Assembly: GCA_964461055.1 (NCBI GenBank)
Contig: CAYWSG010000011.1
Span: 61 to 64,060 of the forward strand
Direction of reading: 5' to 3'
Length of the DNA: 64,000 bases
DNA from: an uncultured Enterobacteriaceae bacterium
Lineage (GTDB): Bacteria; Pseudomonadota; Gammaproteobacteria; Burkholderiales; SG8-39
A model generated the notes under the pieces. The model saw only the letters and a list, made by a program, of their open reading frames with translations, ran no database searches and was not told the origin of the DNA. This document shows, piece by piece, positions 37,755 through 46,747 of this stretch. Both the position numbers and the translations under genes were made by a program. Each line of letters opens with the position of its first letter. Positions within the stretch are counted from its first letter, which is position 1.

Positions 37755-38435
37755 TTATTTGCCGGGGACGAGGGGCACGAAGCGCACGGGGAGGACGCGC
37801 TTCTCGTCGAGGCCGCCGTCGGCGCGCTTGGTGAAGAGCTTGAGGAACTGGACGTCGCCCGCGCCGCCCACGGGGATGACCAGGCGGCCGCCGGGCTTGA
37901 GCTGCTCGACGAGCGTTTGCGGCACCGAGGGCGCCGCCGCCGTCACGACGATGCCGTCGAACGGCGCTTTCTCGGGCCAGCCCTGGTACCCGTCGCCGAT
38001 GCGCACCTCGATATTGCGGTAACCGAGCTCGGCCAGCCGCCGGGCCGCCTCGTTCCCGAGGGAGGGAATGAGCTCGATCGAATAGACCTGGGCGGCGATC
38101 TCGGCGAGGACCGCCGCCTGATAGCCCGAGCCCGTGCCGACGTCGAGCACGGTCTCGCCGCCGGAGAGGCCGAGAAGGTCCGTCGAGAGCGCGACGATAT
38201 AGGGCTGCGAGATGGTCTGGCCGGCGCCGATGGCGAGCGGCCGGTTCTCGTAGGCCGACGCGGCCTGCGACGCATCGACCAGCCGGTGCCGCTCGACCTT
38301 GCCGAGTGCCCTGCGCACCGGCTCCGACATCCGGGCAAGGCCCGTCTCCACGGCCGTCTCCGCGTAGGTGCGGTCGACCTCCTCCACCATGCGCGCGCGG
38401 AGCGCGGCGAAGTCCTGGGCGTGGGTTCCTTCCAT
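37755..38435 (-). CDS. pcm: Protein-L-isoaspartate O-methyltransferase
   Basis: The C-terminal 226 aa of ORF 37755..38816 carry GQTISQPYIVA and the SAM motif VLDVGTGSGYQAAVLA. Confidence 0.9.
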   Translation of the reverse strand: MEGTHAQDFAALRARMVEEVDRTYAETAVETGLARMSEPVRRALGKVERHRLVDASQAASAYENRPLAIGAGQTISQPYIVALSTDLLGLSGGETVLDVGTGSGYQAAVLAEIAAQVYSIELIPSLGNEAARRLAELGYRNIEVRIGDGYQGWPEKAPFDGIVVTAAAPSVPQTLVEQLKPGGRLVIPVGGAGDVQFLKLFTKRADGGLDEKRVLPVRFVPLVPGK

Positions 38436-38467
38436 GACGAGAAACCCGGCGGCGGCGAGAAGTGCCC

Positions 38468-39298
38468 TTAGCTTGCCCGTTTCTTCTTCTCGATGAGCGC
38501 GTAGGCGCTGTGGTTGTGGATGGACTCGAAGTTCTCCGACTCCACCACGTAGGACTCGATGCGCTCGTCGAGGTTGAGCACCGAGGCGACGTCGCGCACG
38601 AGATCCTCGACGAACTTCGGATTGTCGTAGGCGCGCTCGGTGACGTACTTCTCGTCGGGGCGCTTGAGCAGGCCGTAGAGCTCGCAGGAGGCCTGCTTCT
38701 CCACGAGGTCGACGATCTCCTCGATCCAGACGAAATCGGTCGTCTGCGCGGTCACCGTGACGTGCGAGCGCTGGTTGTGCGCGCCGCGATCGGAGATCTT
38801 CTTCGAGCAGGGGCACAGGCTCGTCACGGGCACCACCACCTTCATGGTGAAGCGCTGGCGGCCGCCGTGGATCTCGCCGATGAAGCTCACCTCGTAGTCC
38901 ATCAGGCTCTTCACGCCGGAGACCGGCGCCTTCTTCTCGATGAAGTACGGGAAGGTCATCTCGATGTGTCCTTCCTCGGCCTCGAGCTTCTCCACCATCT
39001 CGCGCAGCATCTGCTGGAAGGTCTCGACCGTGATCTCGCGCTCGTGCGCCTCGAGGATCTCGACGAAGCGCGACATGTGGGTACCCTTGAAATGGTGCGG
39101 CAGCCCCACGTACATGTTGAAGTGCGCGATGGTGTGCTGCGCCCCGGAGGCGCGGCCCGAGGCCCGGTCGTTCGTCGGCCGCTCGGTGATGCGCACGGGA
39201 TGGCGGATGCCCTTGATGCCCACCTTGTCGATGGCGAGCTTGCGGGAGTCGGGCGCCCCCTGGACGTCCGGGATGTTCTGCAGATCGCGCGCTTTCAT
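38468..39298 (-). CDS. folE2: GTP cyclohydrolase FolE2 (type IB)
   Basis: 276 aa ([13 protein letters not shown]...), with [12 protein letters not shown] and [11 protein letters not shown] motifs. This is the conserved position after dxs. Confidence 0.92.
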   Translation of the reverse strand: MKARDLQNIPDVQGAPDSRKLAIDKVGIKGIRHPVRITERPTNDRASGRASGAQHTIAHFNMYVGLPHHFKGTHMSRFVEILEAHEREITVETFQQMLREMVEKLEAEEGHIEMTFPYFIEKKAPVSGVKSLMDYEVSFIGEIHGGRQRFTMKVVVPVTSLCPCSKKISDRGAHNQRSHVTVTAQTTDFVWIEEIVDLVEKQASCELYGLLKRPDEKYVTERAYDNPKFVEDLVRDVASVLNLDERIESYVVESENFESIHNHSAYALIEKKKRAS

Positions 39299-39324
39299 GA
39301 GCCTTATTCTAACAGCCGAGTAAT

Positions 39325-41172
39325 TTACTCGGGCATTACCCGCTCGATCGCTTCCCGGATGCCGGAAGCATCGAGGCCAACCGAGGCGAGCAGCTTCGCC
39401 GGGTCGCCGTGATCGACGAAGCGATCGGGCAGCCCGAGAAGCAGCGTGCGCGTCTCGAGGCCGAGGCGGCTGAGGGCCTCGCACACGGCCGATCCCGCGC
39501 CGCCCATGACCTGGTGCTCTTCCACGGTCACGATCAGATGATGCGAGCGGGCCAGGCGTTCCACGAGTTCCACATCGAGCGGCTTCACGAAGCGCATGTT
39601 GGCCACGGTGCAGTCGAGCGCCTCGGCAGCCTCCAGCGCCGGCCTGACCATCGAGCCGAACGCGAGGATCGCCACGCCGCGCCTGCCCTCGCGCACGAGC
39701 TCGCCCTTGCCGATGGGGAGCGGCCGCAGCAGCTCGGGCTTCGCCTCGCCGAGCGCCGCACCGCGCGGGTAGCGCACCGCGGCCGGCCCGTCGTGGAGAA
39801 ATCCGGTCGTGAGCATCCGCCGGCACTCGTCGGCGTCCGCGGGCGCCATGACGACGAGGTTCGGCACCGTGCGCAGATACGCGTAGTCGAAGGCGCCGTT
39901 GTGCGTGGCGCCGTCGCCGCCGACGAGGCCGCCGCGATCGAGGGCGAAGAGAACCGGCAGGTTCTGGATCGCGACGTCGTGGATGAGCTGGTCGTAGGCG
40001 CGCTGCAGGAACGTCGAGTAGATGGCGACGACGGGCTTCATGCCCTCGCAGGCGAGCCCCGCGGCGAAGGTGACCGCGTGCTGCTCGGCGATGCCGACGT
40101 CGAAGTAGCGCTCGGGATACTGCGCGGCGTACTTCACCATGCCGGACCCCTCGCACATCGCCGGGGTGATGGCGACGAGCCGCGGCTCCTGCGCGGCCAT
40201 GTCGCAGAGCCACTCGCCGAAGATCTGCGAGTAGGTGGGCTTGCCCCCGGCCGTCTTCTTCAGGCCTTCGGCCGGGTCGAACTTGCCCGGGCCGTGGTAG
40301 GCGATCGGGTCGTCCTCGGCTAGCTTGTAGCCGTGCCCCTTGCGCGTGACGACGTGGAGGAACTGCGGGCCCTTGAGCTTCCTGATGTTGGCGAGCGTCG
40401 GCACGAGCGCGTCGAGGTCGTGCCCGTCGATGGGGCCGATGTAGTTGAAGCCGTATTCCTCGAAGAGCGTGGAAGGCGTGACCATGCCTTTCATGTGCTC
40501 CTCGGCGCGCCGCGCCAGCTTCCACGCGCCGGGCACGCGCTTCAGCAGGTGCTCGCTCGCGCGCCGCGCCGTCGAATAGAGCCGCCCCGAGAGGAGCCGC
40601 GCGAGATAGTTCGTGAGCGCGCCAACGGGCGCCGAGATGGACATCTCGTTGTCGTTCAGGATGACGAGCAGGTCGACGTCCATGGCGCCGGCGTTGTTCA
40701 GCGCCTCGAAGGCCATGCCGGCCGACATCGCGCCGTCGCCGATCACGGCGATGCACTTGCGGCTTTCCCCCTTCAGCTTGGCGGACACCGCCATGCCGAG
40801 CGCCGCGGAGATGGAGGTGCTGGAATGCGCCGTGCCGAACGTGTCGTAGGGCGACTCCGAGCGGCGCGGAAAGCCCGAGATGCCCCCGAGCATGCGAAGC
40901 TGCGCCATCGCCTCGCGCCGGCCGGTGAGGATCTTGTGCGGGTAGGTCTGGTGCCCGACGTCCCAGACGATGCGGTCCTCGGGCGTGTCGAAGACGTAGT
41001 GCAGCGCGATGGTGAGCTCGACCGTGCCGAGGTTCGAGGAGAGGTGCCCGCCCGTGCGCGCCACCGACTCGAGCACGAAGGCGCGCAGCTCCTCCACGAG
41101 CTGCGGCAGCTGCCGGCGATCGAGGCGCCGCAGGGCCGACGGGTCGTCGATCGTCTTCAGCAGCTCATACAT
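39325..41172 (-). CDS. dxs: 1-deoxy-D-xylulose-5-phosphate synthase
   Basis: [17 protein letters not shown]..., [12 protein letters not shown], and the TPP motif [15 protein letters not shown]. An alternative upstream ATG at 41283 would add 37 low-complexity residues. Confidence 0.95.
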   Translation of the reverse strand: MYELLKTIDDPSALRRLDRRQLPQLVEELRAFVLESVARTGGHLSSNLGTVELTIALHYVFDTPEDRIVWDVGHQTYPHKILTGRREAMAQLRMLGGISGFPRRSESPYDTFGTAHSSTSISAALGMAVSAKLKGESRKCIAVIGDGAMSAGMAFEALNNAGAMDVDLLVILNDNEMSISAPVGALTNYLARLLSGRLYSTARRASEHLLKRVPGAWKLARRAEEHMKGMVTPSTLFEEYGFNYIGPIDGHDLDALVPTLANIRKLKGPQFLHVVTRKGHGYKLAEDDPIAYHGPGKFDPAEGLKKTAGGKPTYSQIFGEWLCDMAAQEPRLVAITPAMCEGSGMVKYAAQYPERYFDVGIAEQHAVTFAAGLACEGMKPVVAIYSTFLQRAYDQLIHDVAIQNLPVLFALDRGGLVGGDGATHNGAFDYAYLRTVPNLVVMAPADADECRRMLTTGFLHDGPAAVRYPRGAALGEAKPELLRPLPIGKGELVREGRRGVAILAFGSMVRPALEAAEALDCTVANMRFVKPLDVELVERLARSHHLIVTVEEHQVMGGAGSAVCEALSRLGLETRTLLLGLPDRFVDHGDPAKLLASVGLDASGIREAIERVMPE

Positions 41173-41285
41173 CGCCGGATTGTAGTGCGGTTGGCTCTGC
41201 CGCCCGGCCGCGGCGTCGGCGCGCGCGTCGGCCTGCGTGCCCGGGCCGGCGTCGGGGTGCAGCCCATCGGTGATCGTGCTCATGC

Positions 41286-42203
41286 CTAGAATTTTCTCAG
41301 AACGATGTAGTCGGCGAGCTCGGCGAGCCGGCGCGCGGGCGCGCCCAGCCCCTCGAGCGCGCCACGGGCCTGCGCGCGAAGCTCTTCGGCGAGCGAGCGG
41401 GCGCGCGCCGCGCCGAGCAGCGTCACGTACGTCGCCTTGCCCTGCTCGGCGTCCTTGCCCGCGGTCTTGCCGAGCGTCGCGGTGCTCGCCTCGTGGTCGA
41501 GGATGTCGTCCACGACCTGGAACGCGAGCCCGACCGCGGCGGCGTAGCGCTCGAGCCTCTCCCTGTCGGCCGCGCCGCGCGTGGGGCCGCACGCGTAGCC
41601 GAGGGCGACGGCCGCGCGAATAAGCGCGCCGGTCTTGTGGATATGCATGAACTCGAGCTCGGCGAGCTCGAGCTCGCGTCCGGTCGCCTGCAGGTCGAGC
41701 TGCTGCCCGCCGGCCATGCCGCGCGAGCCGGCGGCCGCCGCGAGGGTGCGCACCATGTCGAGCTGCACGGCCGGGTCGTCGGCGAGGCCGGGCTCCGCGA
41801 GGATCTGGAAGGCCGCCGACTGGAGCGCATCGCCCACGAGAAGCGCGGTCGCCTCGTCGTACTCCACGTGCACCGTGGGCTTGCCGCGGCGCAGGACATC
41901 GTCGTCCATGCAGGGCATGTCGTCGTGCACGAGCGAATACGCATGGATGAGCTCGATCGCGGCGGCCGCGCGAGCCAGCCGCTCCGCCGGCGCGCCGCTC
42001 ACTTCTCCCGCGGCGAAGGCGAGGAGCGGGCGCACGCGCTTGCCGCCCTCGAGCACGGCGTAGCGCATCGCCTCGTGAAGCCGCGCCGGCGCGACGTGCG
42101 CGGGCGGAAGCGCGCGCGCGAGCGCCGCCTCCATGCGCGCCTGGACTTCACCCATCCAGGCGCGGAAGTCGGCGGCGCCAGGCTCAGTCGTTGCCGTCGT
42201 CAC
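41286..42203 (-). CDS. ispA: Farnesyl diphosphate synthase (polyprenyl synthetase)
   Basis: [21 protein letters not shown] and [13 protein letters not shown]. 20-nt overlap with xseB. Confidence 0.93.
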   Translation of the reverse strand: MTTATTEPGAADFRAWMGEVQARMEAALARALPPAHVAPARLHEAMRYAVLEGGKRVRPLLAFAAGEVSGAPAERLARAAAAIELIHAYSLVHDDMPCMDDDVLRRGKPTVHVEYDEATALLVGDALQSAAFQILAEPGLADDPAVQLDMVRTLAAAAGSRGMAGGQQLDLQATGRELELAELEFMHIHKTGALIRAAVALGYACGPTRGAADRERLERYAAAVGLAFQVVDDILDHEASTATLGKTAGKDAEQGKATYVTLLGAARARSLAEELRAQARGALEGLGAPARRLAELADYIVLRKF

Positions 42204-42459
42204 CGGGGCCGGCCTCTGCCGCGGCCGAGCCGAGAGGCTTGAGGATTTCGCCTTCCAGGACCTTCACCTGCTGCTGCGCCACCTCGAGCTGCTTCTGGCA
42301 GTAGCGGGCGAGCTCGAGGCCGCGCTTGTGGGTGGCGAGCGCCTCCTCGAGCGAAAGCTCGCCGCTTTCCATGCGCGCGACGATCTTTTCCAGCTCGGCG
42401 AGTGCCTGCTCGAACCCGGGCTCGCCGGAGGCGCTATCCGTCGCTGAGGGAGTGCTCAT
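42184..42459 (-). CDS. xseB: Exodeoxyribonuclease VII small subunit
   Basis: FEQALAELEKIVARMESGELSLEEALATHKRG. I take the ATG at 42459, because the upstream in-frame codons are AT-rich and atypical for this genome. Confidence 0.9.
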   Translation of the reverse strand: MSTPSATDSASGEPGFEQALAELEKIVARMESGELSLEEALATHKRGLELARYCQKQLEVAQQQVKVLEGEILKPLGSAAAEAGPGDDGND

Positions 42460-42488
42460 CTGTTTGGTAAGATACTGTTTTTTCATAG

Positions 42489-42523
42489 GCTTCACAACGC
42501 GCGCTTCACAATGCGCGCTTCAA
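42489..42523. repeat. 14-bp tandem repeat (2.5 units) in the xseB/Rieske-oxygenase divergent spacer
   Basis: GCTTCACAACGCGC / GCTTCACAATGCGC / GCTTCAA..., read directly. Confidence 0.8.
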
Positions 42524-42546
42524 GAGGCGAAAGGCGAGCGCTCCCC

Positions 42547-43644
42547 ATGTCGGATCTAGCGGCGTTCCGCGGACTCGAGCCGGTACGCTGTCATCTGCCG
42601 GTCTCCTGGTACTTCGATCCGGAGATCTTCGCGCTCGAGAAGAAGCGGCTCTTCGACGCGGGGCCGAACTACGTGGGCCACGAGCTCATGGTGCCGAACG
42701 TCGGCGACTACCACGCCCTCGCCTGGATGGGCGATGCGAAGGTCCTGGTTCGCAACGCGGGCGGCGTGGAGCTGCTCTCCAACGTCTGTCGCCACCGTCA
42801 GGCTATCATGCTCGAGGGCCGCGGCCACGCCGACAACATCGTCTGCCCGCTGCACCGCTGGACCTACGACCTCAAGGGCGAGCTTCTCGGCGCGCCGCAC
42901 TTCGACGAGAGCCCGTGCGTGAAGCTCGCTTCCACGCCGCTCAAGCGCTGGAATGGCCTTCTCTTCGCCGGGCCGCGCGATCCCGCGCGCGACCTCGCCG
43001 CGATCAGCACCATGGCCGACTGGGACTTCAGCGGCTACGTGCTCGACGCGGTGCGCATCGACGAGTACGACGTCAACTGGAAGACCTTCGTCGAGACCTA
43101 TCTCGAGGTCTACCACGTCGAGCCGTACCACCCGGGCCTCGGCAACTTCGCCGACTGCAGCAACTTCAGCGTGGACTACGGCGAGGAGTACTCGGTGCAG
43201 ATCGTCGCGCCGAAGGCGGGCCTCGCGCGGCCGGGCACGCCCGTGTACCGGCGCTGGCACGAAGCCTGTCTCAAGCAGCTCGCCGGACGCGAGCCCAAGC
43301 ACGGCGCGCTCTGGGCGACCTACTTCCCCGCGCTCACGTTCGAGTGGTACCCGAACGTGCTGATCGTGTCGAACCTGATCCCGCGCGCGCCCGACCGCAC
43401 CACCAACGTGGTCGAGTTCTACTACCCGGAGGAGATTGCGCTCTTCGAGCGCGAGTTCGTCGAGGCGCAGCAGGCCGCCTACGTCGAGACGGCGCTCGAG
43501 GACAACGAGATCTGCCTTCGCCTCGACCGCGGGCGCCGCGCGCTCTACGAGCAGGGGCTCGACGACGCCGGACCCTACCAGTCGCCGATGGAGGACGCCG
43601 AAGTGCACTTCCACGAGTGGCTTCACCGCAGGCTCGGACGCTGA
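42547..43644 (+). CDS. Rieske (2Fe-2S) non-heme-iron oxygenase, alpha-subunit-like
   Basis: Rieske motif CRHRQ...(17)...CPLHRW and mononuclear iron motif EVYHVEPYH. Start at 42547 (MSDLAAF) or at 42511, inside the tandem repeat. Confidence 0.85.
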   Translation: MSDLAAFRGLEPVRCHLPVSWYFDPEIFALEKKRLFDAGPNYVGHELMVPNVGDYHALAWMGDAKVLVRNAGGVELLSNVCRHRQAIMLEGRGHADNIVCPLHRWTYDLKGELLGAPHFDESPCVKLASTPLKRWNGLLFAGPRDPARDLAAISTMADWDFSGYVLDAVRIDEYDVNWKTFVETYLEVYHVEPYHPGLGNFADCSNFSVDYGEEYSVQIVAPKAGLARPGTPVYRRWHEACLKQLAGREPKHGALWATYFPALTFEWYPNVLIVSNLIPRAPDRTTNVVEFYYPEEIALFEREFVEAQQAAYVETALEDNEICLRLDRGRRALYEQGLDDAGPYQSPMEDAEVHFHEWLHRRLGR

Positions 43645-43646
43645 CC

Positions 43647-44474
43647 ATGCACACCACGCTTGTCTCGACGCAGGAGCTGCACGACAACCTCGGGCGCTGG
43701 CGCGTGTTCGATTGCCGGCACGACCTCATGAATCCGGACGCGGGCGAGCAGCAGTACCGGGAAGGCCACATTCCGGGCGCCGTGTTCGCGCACATGGATC
43801 GCGACCTCTCGGCGCCGCGCGAGGGACGCAAGGGCCGCCATCCCCTGCCCTACCCGGGCGCGTTCGTCGCCTGGCTCGGCGAGCAGGGGCTGCGGCCCGA
43901 AGACCAGGTGGTGTGCTACGACGGCGGAGGCGGCGCCGTCGCCGCGCGGCTGTGGTGGATGCTGCGCTGGGTGGGCCACGAGGCGGTCGCGGTGCTCGAT
44001 GGCGGGCTCGCGAAGTGGAAGGCCGAGGGCCGGCCGCTCACCACCGAAGTGCCGCGCCTGCCGCAGGAAAGCTATCCCCTCGCCCTGCGGCCCGAGCGGG
44101 TCGTCGGCGTCGGGTTCGTGGAGCAGAACCGCAGCGGGCTGCTCCTCGTCGATGCGCGCGCCGCCGCGCGCTTTCGCGGCGAGCACGAGCCCATCGATCC
44201 GGTGGCGGGCCACATCCCCGGCGCGAAAAACCGGTTCTGCAACGAGAACCTCACCGCCGACGGCGTCTTCAAGGACCGGGAGACCCTGCGCCGCGAGTTC
44301 GAGGCGCTGCTCGAGGGACGCCGGCCGGAGGAAGTGGTGAACTACTGCGGCTCCGGCGTCGCCGCCTGCCACAACGTGCTCGCCATGGAGCTCGCGGGCC
44401 TGAAGGGCTCCAGGCTCTATGCAGGCTCCTGGAGCGACTGGATCAGCGACCCCGCCAGGCCGGTCGCCCGCTGA
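43647..44474 (+). CDS. sseA: Tandem-rhodanese sulfurtransferase (3-mercaptopyruvate sulfurtransferase-type active site)
   Basis: 275 aa with two rhodanese domains and the active-site loop YCGSGVAACH. The ATG lies 2 nt after the Rieske gene stop. Confidence 0.8.
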   Translation: MHTTLVSTQELHDNLGRWRVFDCRHDLMNPDAGEQQYREGHIPGAVFAHMDRDLSAPREGRKGRHPLPYPGAFVAWLGEQGLRPEDQVVCYDGGGGAVAARLWWMLRWVGHEAVAVLDGGLAKWKAEGRPLTTEVPRLPQESYPLALRPERVVGVGFVEQNRSGLLLVDARAAARFRGEHEPIDPVAGHIPGAKNRFCNENLTADGVFKDRETLRREFEALLEGRRPEEVVNYCGSGVAACHNVLAMELAGLKGSRLYAGSWSDWISDPARPVAR

Positions 44475-44507
44475 AGCCCCTCCGTCGTCGCCCATCGCGG
44501 TGGTACT

Positions 44508-44876
44508 TTGCTCGCTGACGCGCTTCTCGTCGTCCACTTCGCCCTCGCGGCGTTCATCGTCGCCGGGTTGATCGCCGTCTGGGCGGGCGCCGCCTTCGGG
44601 TGGAGCTGGATCCGCAATCCCTGGTTCCGCTACGCGCACCTCGGCGCCATCGCCATCGTCGCCGCCGAGGCGCTCCTTGGCCTCGCCTGCCCGCTCACGG
44701 TGTGGGAGGACGCGCTGCGCGGCGGCGCACGGCCCGAGTCGTTCGTCGGGCGCTGGGTCAATCGCCTCCTCTACTACGAGGCGCCCGAGTGGATCTTCAC
44801 CGTCGCCTATGTCGCCTGGGCGGCCGCGACCGTGGTCACGCTCCGGCTCGTGCCGCCCAGGAAAAGAGCTGCCTGA
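44508..44876 (+). CDS. DUF2784 family membrane protein
   Basis: 122 aa with a TTG start, 3-4 TM segments and the CPLTVWE motif, as I recall for DUF2784. Confidence 0.7.
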   Translation: MLADALLVVHFALAAFIVAGLIAVWAGAAFGWSWIRNPWFRYAHLGAIAIVAAEALLGLACPLTVWEDALRGGARPESFVGRWVNRLLYYEAPEWIFTVAYVAWAAATVVTLRLVPPRKRAA

Positions 44877-45720
44877 ACACCTCCTCGCGCACCTCGGGCC
44901 GCGAGAGCACGAGATCGTGCTGCCCGCCCGGGAACGCGAGCACCGTGACCTTCTCGCCCAGCCCGCGCGCGTAGCGCGCGATGTGGCGCCAGTCGAGCAC
45001 GATGTCCGCCTCGTCGGAATGCATGACGAGGACCGGGCAGGCGATCGCGAGGCCGCGGTGCACGCGCGCGTGCGCGTCGTTGATCGCCCCGATCCAGCCG
45101 AGGAAGACGGGAAAGCCCTCGACCGGCTTCAGGCGCGTATCGAAGGACCAGTCCTCGAGCAGCCCCTTCACGTAGGCGCGCGAGAGCCGCTCGGGGCTCT
45201 TCGTGAACGGGCGGAAGCGCCCGATGGCGGCAGCCAGATGAAGCTGCGGGCGCTTCCAGTCGGGAAGGCGCCAGTCGAAGAACGGGCTGTTCAGCCAGAG
45301 CGCCGCGATGCGCTCGCGCCGCTCGCCCTCGTGCGCATAGAGCGAGCAGACGAGCCCGCCGGTCGAATGCCCGGCGAGCAGCACCGGCGCGCCGATCTCG
45401 TCGAGCGCGCGGGTGAGATCGGCGTAGTACTCGTCGATCCGCATGCAGAAGTTGGGGTGCTGGTGGGGCTTGAGGGAGCGGCCGTGCTTGCGAAGGTCGA
45501 GCGCGTAGAACGCGTAGCCCTCGGCTGCGAAGCGCTCGGCCATGTGACGCTGGAAGAAGTAGTCGCAGAATCCGTGCACGTAGAGCACGGGCCCGCGCGG
45601 CGCCTCGGCCGAAGGCAGGCGCACGAGCGTCGCCACGACCGGCCCGTCGTAGTCGGGCGCAAACGGGAGCTCGAGCGCCTCGAAGCCCTCGAGCAGGCGG
45701 TCAGGCTGCCAGCCGGGCAT
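44836..45720 (-). CDS. Alpha/beta hydrolase (lysophospholipase/monoglyceride lipase-like)
   Basis: 294 aa with HGFCDYF and the nucleophile elbow LAGHSTGG. 41-nt convergent overlap with the DUF2784 gene. Confidence 0.85.
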   Translation of the reverse strand: MPGWQPDRLLEGFEALELPFAPDYDGPVVATLVRLPSAEAPRGPVLYVHGFCDYFFQRHMAERFAAEGYAFYALDLRKHGRSLKPHQHPNFCMRIDEYYADLTRALDEIGAPVLLAGHSTGGLVCSLYAHEGERRERIAALWLNSPFFDWRLPDWKRPQLHLAAAIGRFRPFTKSPERLSRAYVKGLLEDWSFDTRLKPVEGFPVFLGWIGAINDAHARVHRGLAIACPVLVMHSDEADIVLDWRHIARYARGLGEKVTVLAFPGGQHDLVLSRPEVREEVFRQLFSWAARAGA

Positions 45721-46747
45721 GCCGCTCGAGCGCCCAGTCGATGTGCTCGCGCACGAGCTCGGACGCCTGCTCGCGCCTCGCCTTCAGCGCCGCGACCACC
45801 TCGGGCGACGAAGGCGCGTTGCCGAGCCCCACGGCCAGGTTCCGCAGCCATCGCTCGTAGCCGATGCGCCGGATGGGCGAGCCGCGCAGCCGCTCGTCGA
45901 ACTCGCGCTCGGTCCACGAGAAAAGCTCGACGAGACTCGCCGCCTCCAGGCCCTCGCGGGGCTGGAAATCCGCCTCGCCGGAGGGCTGCGCGAAGCGGTT
46001 CCAGGGGCACACCGCCTGGCAGTCGTCGCAGCCATAGATCCGGTTGCCGATGAGCGGCCGCAGCGCCTCGGGAATGGCGCTCCTGTGCTCGATGGTGAGA
46101 TAGGAGATGCAGCGCCGCGCGTCGAGCTGGTAAGGCCCGCGGATGGCGCCCGTCGGGCACGCCGCGATGCAGCGCTCGCACGTGCCGCAGTGCGCGCCCG
46201 CCGGCGCATCGGCCTCCAGCGGCAGGTCGCACAGGATCTCGCCGAGGAAGAACCAGGACCCCGCCGAGCGGTCGAGAAGCAGCGTGTGCTTGCCGCGCCA
46301 GCCGATGCCAGAGCGCACGGCGAGCTCCACCTCCATGACGGGCGCCGAGTCGGAGAACACGCGGTAGCCGAACGCGCCGGCGGCCTCCGCGATGCGATCA
46401 CAGAGCTTCTGGAGCCTCTGCCTTAGCATCTTGTGGTAGTCGCGGCCGCGGGCATAGCGGGCGATGACGGCGCGCCCGGGATCGTCCTCGATGCCCTGTC
46501 CGGGCCCGTGCAGGTAATCCATGCGGCAGGTGATGACCCGCAGCGTGCCGGGCACGAGCTCGGCGGGACGCGCGCGGAGCGTCCCGTGGCGCGCCATATA
46601 CTCCATCTCGCCATGCCATCCGCGCGAGAGCCACTCGAGCAGGCGCGGCTCGGCCGCCGAGAGATCCGCGTCCGCAATGCCGACGGCCTGGAAGCCGAGC
46701 TCGATTCCCCACTGCTTGATGCGCTGCGTGAGCGCGGCGAAATCCAT
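45701..46747 (-). CDS. queG: Epoxyqueuosine reductase
   Basis: The N-terminus MDFAALTQRIKQWGIELGFQAVGIADADL resembles E. coli QueG as I recall it. 4Fe-4S motifs CGTCERCIAACP and CDDCQAVCPWN. Confidence 0.93.
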   Translation of the reverse strand: MDFAALTQRIKQWGIELGFQAVGIADADLSAAEPRLLEWLSRGWHGEMEYMARHGTLRARPAELVPGTLRVITCRMDYLHGPGQGIEDDPGRAVIARYARGRDYHKMLRQRLQKLCDRIAEAAGAFGYRVFSDSAPVMEVELAVRSGIGWRGKHTLLLDRSAGSWFFLGEILCDLPLEADAPAGAHCGTCERCIAACPTGAIRGPYQLDARRCISYLTIEHRSAIPEALRPLIGNRIYGCDDCQAVCPWNRFAQPSGEADFQPREGLEAASLVELFSWTEREFDERLRGSPIRRIGYERWLRNLAVGLGNAPSSPEVVAALKARREQASELVREHIDWALERHARLAA

